The notes: generated from the letters alone by a model not told the origin. Positions 49,986-62,866 are shown, counted from the whole stretch's first letter. The stretch is 63,461 nt of DNA, filler included, from Perkinsus chesapeaki ATCC PRA-425 (GCA_013115145.1; 15 parts of 15 records of this genome joined end to end with filler, not necessarily neighbours in it), one strand, 5' to 3'. Program-made: numbers and translations.

Positions 49986-51550
49986 ATGTCTCCCTTCCCG
50001 TATACACCCATTGGTCGCCCACCCCTGCCCACGAGGCCACCACTGCAGAGGGGGATTTCAGCCCCTGCTGGGACGAGACAAAGAGCTGTGAGAATTGGAT
50101 GTGGAATTTATTTACATTAATTGTTGTTAGTTCGTTGAACGCGGCAGCACCATTCGCGAATCTTTCCGATATACGCCGACAGTCCTTCAGCCAGCATCAT
50201 CTGGATTCTTGCCGATGTATCCTCCTCCTCCGGCCCCACTGCAGCAACCTGCCGGCTATACGCCGCAGAAATCGCTGCATCAAAGTTGCCCTTTAGGTAC
50301 GATATCACAAAGGAACGAAACCATTAATCGGAATTTTTCACGCACGATTATAGCCGTCCACTTATGGTTAACTCGCCTGTCGTTTAATAGAGCTCTTTTT
50401 GACTGAACGAACATAACCTATGTTGCACCCTCGAGTCAGTAAGACTTAATTATCACTCCGTGTGACAATGACTATCGATCGTCTGGGCGAGCGAACTGCT
50501 GATATAATGCAGCGATTGTGACAGGTCCTATAGGGCCACCACAGGCATTCTTTTCACCACAGCATGCACGAGCGCCGAGCTTTATGGGAGAACAAGGGAT
50601 GTTTAGTGTACCTGGAACACCAATGAGAGGCTGGGTAGGCAAGCGTTGAGGAAATGCAAGTGAGAGCAAGATTGCAAGATGGACCGTTTCATTGTCAGGA
50701 GAATCAAAGAGCAGGCCCGCAGACAACAAGAGAGATGACTGACAAAGAGAATTGTAAAGAGCTAGAAAAAGCAGTCGAAAAAGATATTTATGAGGTCAAG
50801 TTGAAGTCACATGCTGCCGCCCCGAAAGTTGCCCCCACCAAAATGACTGATGAGAATACCCAAGTTGAAGGGAACGGTGAAGCGGTTACCCGACTGCGAG
50901 CTTATGTTATTTGCAAACAGCCGAAGGTTCGATTGATTCCTGATTTTCTTACTGAAGCTGAATGTGAATATTTGATAAGCTTAGCTGAGGGGAAGTGGAG
51001 ACCGAGCACGGTAGGGAGAAGTTACATTTCTGATAGAAAAAACGACAAATATGTGAATAAGCGGTCTAAGATGCGAACCTCGAGTTCATTCATGCTGCAA
51101 CACGCCCAAGACGATATTGTTAATGAGATAGAGCGGAGAGTGGCTAGTTTGGTTGGCTATCCTGTGGACCATGTGGAACGACTGAACATGTTGAAATATG
51201 AACCAGGGCAGTTGTTTGGTGAACATCATGACGGAGCATTCAGACCTTGGACGGTATTTATAGCTCTTAACGACGTTCCTAAAGACGCCGGTGGTGAAAC
51301 ACTGTTCCCCTATTTGGGATTGAAGATTAGACCGAAAGCTGGTACGGCCCTGGTGTGGCCGAACTGCCTTGAGAATGGAGAAGTCGATGAACGAGTTCGA
51401 CACGAGGGTCTGCCGCCTGGTGTTATGAAGTATGCCGTGAACTGCTTTGTTAACGAGAAGCCTATAGCTGAGTTGATGAGGAGCACTAGTAGCTTCTCAG
51501 AGGGTGGATCTGATGATCCTAATAATCTGTGGCTAGATTATGACGATTAA
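49986..51550 (+). CDS. Prolyl 4-hydroxylase alpha-like 2OG-Fe(II) oxygenase with Pro-rich 5' exons
   Basis: PDFLTEAECEYLI, RTSS, LKYEPGQLFGEHHD (HxD), GGETLFP, PKAGTALVW, RHEGLP (distal His) and KYAVN. The Pro-rich upstream exons from 49986 are tentative. Confidence 0.85.
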
Positions 51551-52343
51551 ATGACTTACTTATATGCATGATATTCATTGAACACCCATTTCCTTCTCCT
51601 CCACTAGTTGTGTTTTTCTAGTATGTCAAGTCTGTAGAAACGGATTGTGACTGAAACACTCAACGCTATTTTGCACAAGGCCCGATTGACGCTAGCCGTA
51701 ATGACAGAACTCATAGTCGAACACAAGCTCTCATTCCTCTGAGGAATAGGAACTGGTTTGAGGAATTTCCTCAAACCAGTTCGAGCACTACATGGATATG
51801 TTCCCTGCATTTAAGGCAGTACAAACTTGGCATAAATAGAGTTTGGGCGATAATAAGTTCTATTAAAGCAACACGGATTATCATAAGACTGGTTAAGTAG
51901 TAATACATCGCGGTAACCTCCTGTGCAAACTTCGGACGGTGAAGCTCAGAATTCGGCTTGAGCAGACATAGCCCTAGAAACATAATACAGATAAGAGCCT
52001 GCGAATATGACGTAAATATGCACCCTCGTAAAGTCACGGTCACATACGTGAATCAATTGCATGTTAAAGCCCAATTATTTTGTATTTTGCATTTTCAAGT
52101 TACTTCTTCCCGTCACTATCCGTACAATACTCAACAGACTCACAATGAAAGTGAGACAATCCAATGAGGTTGTTGCTCGTTGCTCACCAATCAGTGTTCA
52201 AAAATGGTCAGTCGCATGCAAAAGAGGATTAGTCAGTACGATTNNNNNNNNNNNNNNNNNNNNNNNNNNNNNNNNNNNNNNNNNNNNTTAATTAATTAAN
52301 NNNNNNNNNNNNNNNNNNNNNNNNNNNNNNNNNNNNNNNNNNN

Positions 52344-52700
52344 ATGACATCTCATCCCATTGGGGCATGACTGAGGGGAATGACATCTCATCCCATTGGG
52401 GCATGACTGAGGGGAAGGGCTCTTCCGAGATGCAGCCAACAGTACTTACATTGGAACAATTGACGTAGCACTTAGCGTTGATACACTCAGCTGACTCGCC
52501 CGGGAAAGGAGGGCACGAACTCCCCTTGCAATATGGGAACCACATACCCGTACCAACCTTACGACCTGTGTGAAAGAATTACTTGGTAAGTTGGAAAACC
52601 TAGCTATTGTAAGCTACCATTTATAACATTAGGACTCCAGGAGCGACAAGTACACATTGGCCGTCAGGAAAATAGCAATAATGAACCTCCTTGCCATCAT
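52344..52700 (-). CDS. Cys-rich secreted protein, family copy A, 3'-truncated
   Basis: Signal-like MMARRFIIAIFLTANVYL and exon VGTGMWFPYCKGSSCPPFPGESAECINAKCYVNC. A 36-bp duplication lies at the contig edge (52344-52415). Confidence 0.55.
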
Positions 52701-53019
52701 GAGTGCTGCACTTGTGCACATTATGTTCATCTGGCTCTTTAGACAACGAAAGATAGCGTAATTCCAAATCCGGCAGCACATTTCCCTATGTAGTCATTTC
52801 CGTTTGACCATTGCTCGGAGCACAGTACGAATATCGGAGTTAGAGTGCTCGTACGGCATTAGAAAGACCTCGGCGAGAGCTCTCGAATGGGATCCGTGCT
52901 ACCAATAAATTCGGACGCGTTACGAAATCCCGGGGTATGGGCCCCACTACTACTTTTTTTGCAGCACCCTGCAGTAGCTTGGGAGTATAGGCTATACTAA
53001 TAGTGACCGTATGATACGA

Positions 53020-54448
53020 TGTATCTTAATACCACTTTACTGATGTATACAATATATTATATCATAATATTGTATGTGATATGATGGACCATGCAGACCT
53101 CATTGACAAGTTAGCAACGCAAAGGCATCACTCATTCTACTTCATATTGCCTGACAGCTGGCATTTACCTCTACAGTAGATTACTAACAGGCTGATAAAA
53201 GCATTGTGCGCTGTAGATGACGGCAAACCGATGCAGGTCTAGTCGATCTTATCTATAGGAATTGAGACCGCCTAAGTTCCACTTGACCGTTCGTGAGCAA
53301 TAGAGTTGCCGAGAGATAAGTGACAGGAAGTACCGAATCACGTCTCGTCCATCCCCTTATGATACATCGAATATAAACAGAGGTAGTTAAAGGGAGGGTC
53401 AGCTTTATAACATATCGTTCCACCAGTGCATGGCTGAGAAGAAGAAGAACTTCATCCGCGAATGAGGAAATGGATTAAGCAATACTTACATCGTAACAAT
53501 TGACGTAGCATACACCGTAGATGCACTTAGTCGACTCGCCCGGGAATGGAGGGCATGGCTTCCCATTGCAGTACGGGAGGCACATGCCAGCACCAACCTT
53601 TTGCTCTATCTGAATTAATTCTTAGAAGGACAAGTGCAGTAACACTACGATTCCGAGAAATGTGTATTCACCGGCAGGACAATGGCAGTCGTGAACGTGC
53701 TTCCCATCCCATGTGCAGCTTCCAGTTGGTTTAGTATAAGGTGGCGGGAGTGTAGTTCTTGGTTTACGAGCAGGATCAGCCGAGAAGTTCACGTCCACGG
53801 GGTACCTGCAGTTCACCAATCAAGGCTTAATGCGTCAACAGTATGATAGCTCACATGTTATGAACCACAACAATGTCCTCAGCTTTGATACAGCAAGTAA
53901 TGAGAATGCCGAAGACAGCGAGCTGAAGCATAATGGTAGAACCAAGGTACCTAGTCCGAAAGCACACTGCAGTAGGCTGTAGAAGTTGAAGCCAGTGTTG
54001 AGAAACCCTACGATCCTAGTGTTTGTCCGCAAATTAGCTTGACAATGGGAGAGGGATATTGGAATCACGGAACCGCCAAACACTGAGGTAGATATTCGAC
54101 GATGCTGTAAAGCTTCTTCGAAGAGAGGGAGTATGGGTGGGTCAGGGAAGGCAAGACCAGAGCTCGGCTGACACCTTTGTTCGCCGAATCCCGTGACATG
54201 CATGGTGGCGCGTGCGTGACCGAGAGGCGTACTTGGTCCGATTTGACTTCAATACACTTCGTGCATCTCATATTAACTCATCTGAACTGGTAGTGACGAC
54301 AATGTTTTGCTCCAAAATGCTCCATTGCGCATTTCGGTCACCTAATGAAGCACAGTAGCAAAGGGAAAATGATTGCGGATGGTTGGCCCGGAACAATATC
54401 GGAAAGAATCTCCTGCGGCATCGCCCTTCCAAGTTGAACTGCTCAACT
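53020..54448 (-). repeat. About 1.4-kb duplication unit, copy B, holding a Cys-rich protein gene
   Basis: Aligns with 55023-56441, near-identical over the first ~240 bp. Exons encode PYTKPTGSCTWDGKHVHDCHCPAGEY and GMCLPYCNGKPCPPFPGESTKCIYGVCYVNC. Confidence 0.85.
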
Positions 54449-54704
54449 CTCACCTTGTAGGGATCGAACATGCGTTATCGAAGGATGGTCACGCTTCCTG
54501 TCGCTATACTACTCCGATATACAAACCTAAAGCTTCTCACCAAAGTTCGGGATTTTTCAACTCTCGATCAGCTATGACTATTGCGTAGCTCCTTCTAGTA
54601 GACGTCGCTTGGGTGGCTACAACGGTTACAGATGCTCACTGTTACTGACATTTTCAGTCTGAGAAAGCCCCGCACTGGAGGAGAACAATACTCAACTTAA
54701 TATA

Positions 54705-54771
54705 TAGACAAGTTGGTAGAGCGCTCTGCTTGAGACTTATAATTGAGAAACATAGGGTTCGATCCTCGCAG
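54705..54771 (+). pseudogene. tRNA-like core with A box and B box, possibly another tRNA-derived intron
   Basis: TAGACAAGTTGGTAGAGC followed by AGGGTTCGATCCTCGCAG. The ending parallels GGGTTCGAATCCTCGTAG at 30357-30374. Confidence 0.65.
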
Positions 54772-55022
54772 GCAACTCCGTAAGTGCGATTTTCAACCCG
54801 GAACAACATATTTCCAACATCTTACTGATTTGGGACCGGGATCATATCATCCAAAGTATTGTTGCTTGCCGAGAGAGCGGCACTGAAGATATTTAGCCGT
54901 GAAATCGCCGAATAAACTCAAATACCGGAGGAATCCTCGACTAGAGTTGTTGAACAATCCGTCCTCGACATTGAAGAGGGGTTTGAAGAAAGGCCGTTGA
55001 CATCATGGTCTAACCCCCAAGG

Positions 55023-56441
55023 TGTATCTTAATACCACTTTACTGATGTATACAATATATTATATCATAATATTGTATGTGATATGATGGACCATGCAGA
55101 CCTCATTGACAAGTTAGCAACGCAAAGGCATCACTCATGCGACTTCATATTGCCTGACAGCTGGCATTTACCTCTACAGCAGATTACTAACAGGCTGATA
55201 AAAGCATCGTGCGCTGTAGATGACAGCGAACCGATGCAGGTCTAGTCGACCTTATCTATAGGAATTGACTCCTAATCGATCCGATATAAGCAAAAGTATT
55301 TATAGGGCGGTCCAGCATAATAACACGTTGTTCCATGACGGCATGGCTGAGAAGAACAGTTTTATCTGCGGAGGGAGGAATGGATTAAGAACTACTTACA
55401 CCATAACAATTGACGAAGCATATCTCGTCGATGCACTTAGTCGACTCGCCTGAGAAAGGAGGGCATGGCTTCCCATTGGAATACGGAAGGCACATGCCAG
55501 CACCAACGTTGCCATCGATCTGAAGTAATTGATGATTGATTCTTAGAAGAATGAATGTAGTAATACTACCAGCCCGAAAAATACGTATTCACCGGCAGGA
55601 CAATGGCAGTCGTGAACGTGCTTTCCATCCCATGTGCAGCTTCCAGTTGGTTTAGTATAAGGTGGTGGGAGTGTAGTTCTTGGTTTACGAGCAGGAGCAG
55701 CCGAGAATTTCTCCTCTACGGGGTACCTGCAGCTCACAAATAAAGGCTCAATGCGTCAGATATGTGATGTTTCACATGTTATGAACCACAACAATGTCCT
55801 CAGCTTTGATACAGTAGATAAAGAGAATGCCGAAGACAGCGAGCTGAAGCATAATGGTAGAACAAAGGTCCTTAGTCTGAAAGCATACTGCATCCATGCC
55901 CAAGATAGAATACCGTCATTGTCGGAAGTCAAACCCATTGTTAAGGAGCCCTAAGATCCTAACTGTTCATCCGCGAACTAGCTTAAGGGAGAGGGAGCTT
56001 GAATCACGTAACCATCGAATACCGAGGAAGCTTTGATACGATCTTGTAAGATCAAACTTGCGACATTGTTCTTCCGCGAAGACAGGGAGTATGGGTGCAT
56101 CAGGGAAGGCAAGACCAGAGCTCCGCTGATTTACCGACCCCCTCGATCGTCGAATCCCGTGACGCATAATGGCGCCCGTGCGTGACCGAGAGGCGTACTT
56201 GGCCGGGTTTCAATTCAATACACTTTGTGTATCTCATATCAACTCATAGGAACTGGTAGTGACGACAATGCTTTGCTCCAAAATCGTTTAAGTGCTCCAT
56301 TGTGCATTACAGACAGCTTTCGGTCATCTGATGAAGCACAGGAACAGAGGGGAGAATGATTGCAGATGCTTGTTCTGGAACAATATCGAAAAGAATCTCC
56401 TGCGGCATCGCCCTTCCTATGCTTCAAGCTAGACAGCTCAA
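55023..56441 (-). repeat. About 1.4-kb duplication unit, copy C, holding a Cys-rich protein gene
   Basis: Paralogue of 53020-54448 with the same CTWDGKHVHDCHCPAGEY exon. Confidence 0.85.
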
Positions 56442-58780
56442 CGAACATTGCTGGAGTGTTACTTAAATCCGAATGACGCTAAAGCATCGTTCCTCATATC
56501 CAAGAGGAGCGGTTCCGCAAAGAGCATGGTTACCGATAGTTCACTAATCATTGGAACGTGATTCGAATGTTGTGAGTTTACCGACATGCTAAGTTTTCAC
56601 CGCCCTTCGACGAGAGGGCTTCAACTACGATACCTGGTTCCCGCGGTTACCACAAATGATCATCAACCATGCTTCATGCTGGAGCGGCCCTAGAGAGCCC
56701 TGGATTCGCCTCAATGAGACATACCCGGCTAATGAAGGAAACTTGGCGTTAGAAATACCATTTTTAGCTGTAAAGGTGGTCACAACACTTGAAGTGCGTG
56801 ACAGCAAGCATGCTGAGGATATAGGCAACGAAACTCGTGAGAGTTAGCACCGATTTTACACTGTTTTCGTAGTTTCTCGCTACTTGCAAGCGGTTTAGCT
56901 CTGAATCTTTGAGTGTATCCCTAGTGTGCTGAGGAAGTATATACTTTGGGTGCTCATTCATTAGCAAACCTTCTTTGTTCATAAATCCCAAAGAAGCACG
57001 ATGGGAATTTGACGCGCAGACTGCACACTGCACGGCGCAGTGTAATTGATACCTCACCATAGAAAGGATCTACTGCGATTCGTGAGAGCATGAGCTCACG
57101 CGGTACGTACCTCGGGGCGCGATGGACTGTAGATGGCTTTGCCTTGACTACTACTAGACGCAACAAGAGACAACCGTCCAAGGAATGGCACTTAGCCAAA
57201 ATGTACTTTGAAAGAGCAGGAAAAAAGGAAGTAAGAAAACTTACTGAGCAGCATCGACCTTGCTCATGTGAACAGCGAGATCGACAAGACGGNNNNNNNN
57301 NNNNNNNNNNNNNNNNNNNNNNNNNNNNNNNNNNNNTTAATTAATTAANNNNNNNNNNNNNNNNNNNNNNNNNNNNNNNNNNNNNNNNNNNNGAGGCAAC
57401 ATGGACCAGCGCTGAAGTTATACACACGATCGTACTTCTGAGGGAACTGCTCGGACGGCATTTTTAAAGTAGGAGAATACAATTATTAAAATCTACCAAA
57501 ACAGTCAAAAACTGAAGATACTTATAAAGCAGTGTACCGACAATTCGTGTGAGATTCTGGTGGGCTAGTCTAGCACACGCTGTGGTCACGGAACAAGTTG
57601 TCCTTCAGGTGGGGTATCTTTAGCTTAAAGATACGATCGAAGCTAGGAGTAGAATCGGACACAAGATCTACACCAAATCGCCTGACACTCGCCCTAATCC
57701 ATATCGGAAGGGTTAGCTAAATGTCATTTTATGCGATGCTTCCCAGCTCATCGTCAAGGATTCCTTGACACGGCATCAACCGACCTTTAAGAAACTCGAG
57801 AGGCAGGATTCATTTCGCTGAATGGAAATACTTTTCCCCTCTACGCTCGATGGATTCTAAGAAGCTTTACTAGCTCCAGAAATACCGTGATGTCTTACCG
57901 TCAAAACGATGCTCGACAGAGTTCATAAATTTTAATATAGCTAAATAGGCAGGCCTCCAGCCGCACCGCACTCGCACGTGTCCCATGGCGAAAGCAACGT
58001 ATTTTTGCGAAAACGCCTTGTCCTTGTCCGACTCTAGAGACGCAATCAAATTCGAAAAATTGGTCAATACTCTTCAACACTAAGTTCCGAAGGGAAATAC
58101 GCAGCCATCTGCTACATCGATAGTGGCCGACGCTATAAACTCGAATAGAGATACACTCGCCATCCATAGCACAACTCATTTCACCACATTCTTCACTACG
58201 AAATACATGCCTAGAACTGGTGCCATAGTATTGGCTGCCTGTTCACTTACAGCCCCCCCACTGGGAAACACAACTTCTAAATGGACCTCTTAACTTGACA
58301 GGAAACAGCATAAGCCACGTACGTAGCCAGCAAATGAACGACAACCTCACCGATCAATACCGAGGCAAGATCGCGGGCGCCGATGATAATAATAACGATA
58401 TTTCCGAGCCGTAATGTTGGCCATTGCTTAGTCTTCGACGCTCGATAGGGGCCTAGATGAACTTATATAGTCGGCTGAAACGTAGTTAAACAGTCTATTA
58501 TTCAGCAGGCACCATCATAGCAACGATAGCATCAAACCAATGGCGCACAGTAGCTGCTTTACTTATTCTCGTTGTAGAACTTGTCCATGAATTCTACCAA
58601 ACGTTGAACACCTTCCAAAGGCATACCATTGTATAGACTTGCACGAAGACCTCCAACANNNNNNNNNNNNNNNNNNNNNNNNNNNNNNNNNNNNNNNNNN
58701 NNTTAATTAATTAANNNNNNNNNNNNNNNNNNNNNNNNNNNNNNNNNNNNNNNNNNNNAAAATTCGTTTTAGCCCCCTAA

Positions 58781-59904
58781 ATGACAAAGTCAAAGAAGGT
58801 CCATCCCCGATCTGATTTAGCTCGAGTCAGAAGAGCCATGAAGGAGAGAACAAGGCGAGTTTTGAAGCTGGCCAATACAAGCAATAAGCAAGATCCTGTA
58901 CCAAGGGGAGAGATAGGCAGTTCCCAGCCCCATGGTCTCGTTATTACCAACGATTCGAATGTGGATAGAGAAGCAGTGAATCTATATAAAAAAGCATATG
59001 AGTCTGCGTTGGAGAAATACAAGATCCTCTGTGCTAAGATTACAGACGGAACAGCAGCAGCACATATGGTAGAATGGGGCCCCATAAATGGCGAACGTGA
59101 TATAATACAGGAATTGGATCGGGACACTGAGCTTATTCTCGAGCTTCGAGACCTCTTACAGGCTACAGTAGACGAGGTACTGCGGGATCCGGCCAGTGAG
59201 GAACTAAGAGTTTGGCTGAACCTGACTAGAGAAGAGCAAAAGGACCAACAAGAAGTTTGGAATACCTTGCAGCCGATAATTGCCAAGGCATCTGAATCAC
59301 TCCGAGCTAGGCTTTACAAAGTGACGAAGGTGGATGCTGCGATAGAAAAAGGTCCTCAGAAGCTCCGAGCTGGCCTCCTGAGAGGCCTCCTAAAAGCAAC
59401 AGGCTCCTTGGATGCAGACGATGATACTGTATTGCTGGACCAGATATTACAGAATGGTGGTGTCGGCATTGGTATAGAACGACCGATAGTGGCTTCTGGC
59501 AAGTGGCCAAGACGTCCCAAAGAAGGCAGCACTGAGGCTTTTAAAGTTAACCATGGTTCTCGTGGCTTGTCTTTATTTGCTTCGGATGCTTGGCGGAATT
59601 ACCAGAGTGCTTCAATACTAGACGAACCAGTGAGGAGATATCTAGAAAAGGAGATTAAATGTGGCAATATGGAGATTTTACCGGAGATTCCTTTGGGGGG
59701 CGTAGTGTCGAGAATCGCTGCTGTTGAGAAAATAAAGGGAGACCCTTCTTCCCCGATAAGGGTCATAGATGATTTAAGACGGTCGGGAATTAATGACATG
59801 GTACAAATGGAAGAGACCCTCCAATTGCCAGGAATAGCAACGAGCGCCTTCCTGATACAACAACACAAGAAGGTTATTCAAAAAAACGAAGCCTCTTGTA
59901 CAGA
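58781..59904 (+). mobile_element. DIRS/Ngaro-like tyrosine-recombinase retrotransposon ORF running into the RT N-terminus, truncated
   Basis: NYQSA..V..YLEKEIKCG..P.GGVVSRIAAVEK...RVIDDLRRSGINDMV resembles the RT start of YR retroelements. The catalytic motif lies beyond the contig end. Confidence 0.62.
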
Positions 59905-60388
59905 NNNNNNNNNNNNNNNNNNNNNNNNNNNNNNNNNNNNNNNNNNNNTTAATTAATTAANNNNNNNNNNNNNNNNNNNNNNNNNNNNNNNNNNNNNNNN
60001 NNNNATGATGTATTGAAAGAATTCAACACCTGGACACTCTCGAATGCTAGTTGCTGCCAGTAGTGTTAAACTATCAGTTTGGATCCAATTGTTACATGGG
60101 ATTCGGTGAATTGTTTACTTGATTATTTACAGCGCCAGAGTTGCACGTGCACAGTGTGTATTCCGTAAGCTGTAGTTCGATTGCAATCTACTGCGTCACT
60201 TCTACGGCTACGAGTTCCCCCGTGGAGTAATGTACAAGTCCTTGTGGAGCTTTTGGTGGTTAAGTGCCATCACTACGTCCGTTACCCTCAATGACATCAT
60301 GTATGTTAAGGGTGGCGCAGCCGTGTTGTGAATGACCAGATAAGTCGTTTCAGGCCACACTCGGACTGGAATTCTCGTGACGTGAACG

Positions 60389-60850
60389 GTGATGGTAATA
60401 ACAGTTGACTGTAGTAAAAATGGTGACCCTCGGATGTCAGGTAATTATACCATGCCGAGGGGCCATTGCCGTTGGGTGCATATTGGAAAAAGCATTTCTG
60501 GATGCACTTGCCCCAAGGGTACCTATCCTTACTGCGATGTAAAAGAACCCGGAGAATGCGGACACGGTATCCCACGGTGTGGAGTAACTTCGTGGAAGTT
60601 CACACCGTGAAGTTCACAGTGTGAACTCTATATGAGACTGATGTGATCAGTCTGAATCGCAGTCATCCTCCCAGGGACCACCCTAAATTGTTGGCTCAGG
60701 GTGCGAAATCTGAAGACTGGTGGAATCCTCCGGAATGCTTGTGTACCGTGCCTTGCGGAGTTAAAACTGACTGCCCTCGAACATCAGAAGGGGATGCTTA
60801 TTGTCATAGAGGAAGTTGCTTAGTTGGTTGTTCGGTAAGACACATGAAAC
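60389..60850 (+). CDS. Cys-rich protein exons related to the 52-56 kb family
   Basis: YTMPRGHCRW....GCTCPKGTY parallels YTKPTGSCTW....DCHCPAGEY. A second exon reads CTVPCGVKTDCP....AYCHRGSCLVGC. Confidence 0.5.
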
Positions 60851-61505
60851 TACTCATCGCTAGTCACGTGTGCCTTAGTATCCGCTGGAATGTCCGATGA
60901 GCATGCACTGTTCCGAGAGTATATCGCATGGCTTGACTTTCGACTGCTACTTCCCAAACTCATGAGTGACAGCTGAACTGTGTTGAACTTAACGTTCGTT
61001 AACCCTGCGGTTAGATTTCTGCTCTTGTTGGCCATCAAGCCAGAATCTGGCTTTGCCTTTTNNNNNNNNNNNNNNNNNNNNNNNNNNNNNNNNNNNNNNN
61101 NNNNNTTAATTAATTAANNNNNNNNNNNNNNNNNNNNNNNNNNNNNNNNNNNNNNNNNNNNCCAGACAATCTTCTCATCGTCTGCGTAGCTGGATTTAAA
61201 ATAGGTGCGTAAGTCACCATGGTTTCACTCAATGGAGTTTCACCCCCGTTATGTAAAACGCTAGTGTTTAACGCATAACGCATAACACAACACGTTTTGG
61301 CCCGAGATACCGCATATAACGCGTGAAACGCGAAATGTGTTATACACACTCGGTGTAAAACGCGTGATCATAACGCCCCTGGTGTTATGCCAAACATTTT
61401 CAATTTTCTCCCAGCAAAAACTCGCCACTGCGACTACAGACACGTCCTGACTATCAACTCAACAACATGGGTATTCAAATACTTTATCTACGTATAAGAC
61501 GATTA

Positions 61506-62237
61506 TTACAGACCCAAGCCTATGCCGGTTTGCTGACCATAAAGGAAGTCAAAGTTTACGAGAATACGACAGGCACAGATCGCCCTTGGCGGCCGACCGC
61601 CTTGCCTACGGATATGAGACCGACAGCGAGTATACAAAATGTCAAAACGCTTCAAGAAAGCAAAAGCGCGCTCGACTATGCTCCTGATACTGGCGTGTCG
61701 ACGATTGAAGAGAAGACGCTGAGGACTGAGAGCCTGCCCAGGAATCCTTTTGTGCGGCGTAAGCAAGCGTAGTGCTTGATTGTCACGCGTGGCATACCCG
61801 AGATCGGCCATCAGTCTCCTCTGATGGGGCACCCGCAGAATACCCCGCTGCAACGTCTCTCTATAAATGTAAAGGTCATGCCGAGCACCAATCCATGGGA
61901 GGCTCAAGTGAACTATGCGTCCGTGTAGATCCACCACCGCTTGTACCTTGATGACATGAGACTTGTATTTTGGCTGGTAGTAGTAGCTCTGGCCAACAGC
62001 GGGGCGGCGGATACGTATCGGAAACACATCAACATGACCGATGACATTCCGGAATGGACCTTCACCACCCTGGCGTGGGAGACCTTGCAGATTCTGAGGA
62101 ATGTAGGGCCGCTCGTTGAGAAAGTCATGCAGCAGTACCTCGAGGTTGGCAACCGCGCTCGCAAAGCTCCCACCACACCTGGTTCTCGATTCGTGGTAGT
62201 CTGGGTTCTGCTTGTAAATACGTAGTAGCTCCAACAA
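61506..62237 (-). CDS. Harbinger/IS5-like DDE transposase (DDE_Tnp_4 type)
   Basis: VDVFPIRIRRP, YYQPKYKSHVIKVQAVVD, GARHD, ADLGY and FNRRHASIRSIVERAFAFLKRF. The ORF-track start is TTG, not ATG. Confidence 0.88.
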   Translation of the reverse strand: MLELLRIYKQNPDYHESRTRCGGSFASAVANLEVLLHDFLNERPYIPQNLQGLPRQGGEGPFRNVIGHVDVFPIRIRRPAVGQSYYYQPKYKSHVIKVQAVVDLHGRIVHLSLPWIGARHDLYIYRETLQRGILRVPHQRRLMADLGYATRDNQALRLLTPHKRIPGQALSPQRLLFNRRHASIRSIVERAFAFLKRFDILYTRCRSHIRRQGGRPPRAICACRILVNFDFLYGQQTGIGLGL

Positions 62238-62323
62238 ATGCTCCTTTTTGTATCGAGCATCAAGCAGTCTGTGGAGACGTTCAAAAAGTTTGCAAGCATT
62301 TCTGTTACACCAAGGAGGGTCTG

Positions 62324-62866
62324 GTGAAAAGGGTGCTATATTTGTTCGACTACGACCTCTCGGAAGCCCTTCAGGAAGTACCCCAAGAGTCTACGCAGAA
62401 AAGGCCGTGCACGTCTGGTACCACTACCCCATCGTCACCGCCCAAGCCAAGCTGTATATCACGGGAGATGCCCGGTATTGTGACGCCTACTGTTGCTCAA
62501 ACGGAGAGTTATTGGTATAAACGTTTAGACGAGCGTTTATCGGGTATTCACGGGTGTGTTAAGGATCTCAGCGACAATTTAGTTGAAGCGATGGCTCGAG
62601 TGGAAAACATTCTGGTGACTATCGCAGAGCAGTCTCGGGTAAGTGGTGAAGCTGTGAAGGATGACGTTGACCTTGATGCGGGTCCACAAGCGGAGTCCAC
62701 TGGGTCTCAGTCTGACGAAGAAAGAAACATACCTGAACCATACCTGCCTTCTTTGGAGGATCAGGCTAAGGTTCTGCAAGAGGAACGTGGACGTCGTTCT
62801 TCAGCGAAGATTAAGGCAAAGGCTGCACCGAATAAAGGCCGAAAGAGAGGGAGGGGTTCTAAGTGA
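62324..62866 (+). CDS. Second ORF of the transposon (accessory protein with a coiled coil and basic tail)
   Basis: Inside the TIRs and divergent from the transposase. LDERLSGIHGCVKDLSDNLVEAMARVENIL is coiled-coil-like and KGRKRGRGSK is NLS-like. The first ATG is at 62468. Confidence 0.55.
   Translation: MKRVLYLFDYDLSEALQEVPQESTQKRPCTSGTTTPSSPPKPSCISREMPGIVTPTVAQTESYWYKRLDERLSGIHGCVKDLSDNLVEAMARVENILVTIAEQSRVSGEAVKDDVDLDAGPQAESTGSQSDEERNIPEPYLPSLEDQAKVLQEERGRRSSAKIKAKAAPNKGRKRGRGSK

Noticed and set aside
52344-52415. 36-bp tandem duplication encoding FPSVMPQWDEMS twice
   Set aside because: It is at a contig edge and may be a mis-assembly.
57870-58179. CFRHGTRASA resembles a tyrosine recombinase H-x-x-R region
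   Set aside because: The ORFs are short and broken, and no other catalytic residues could be placed.
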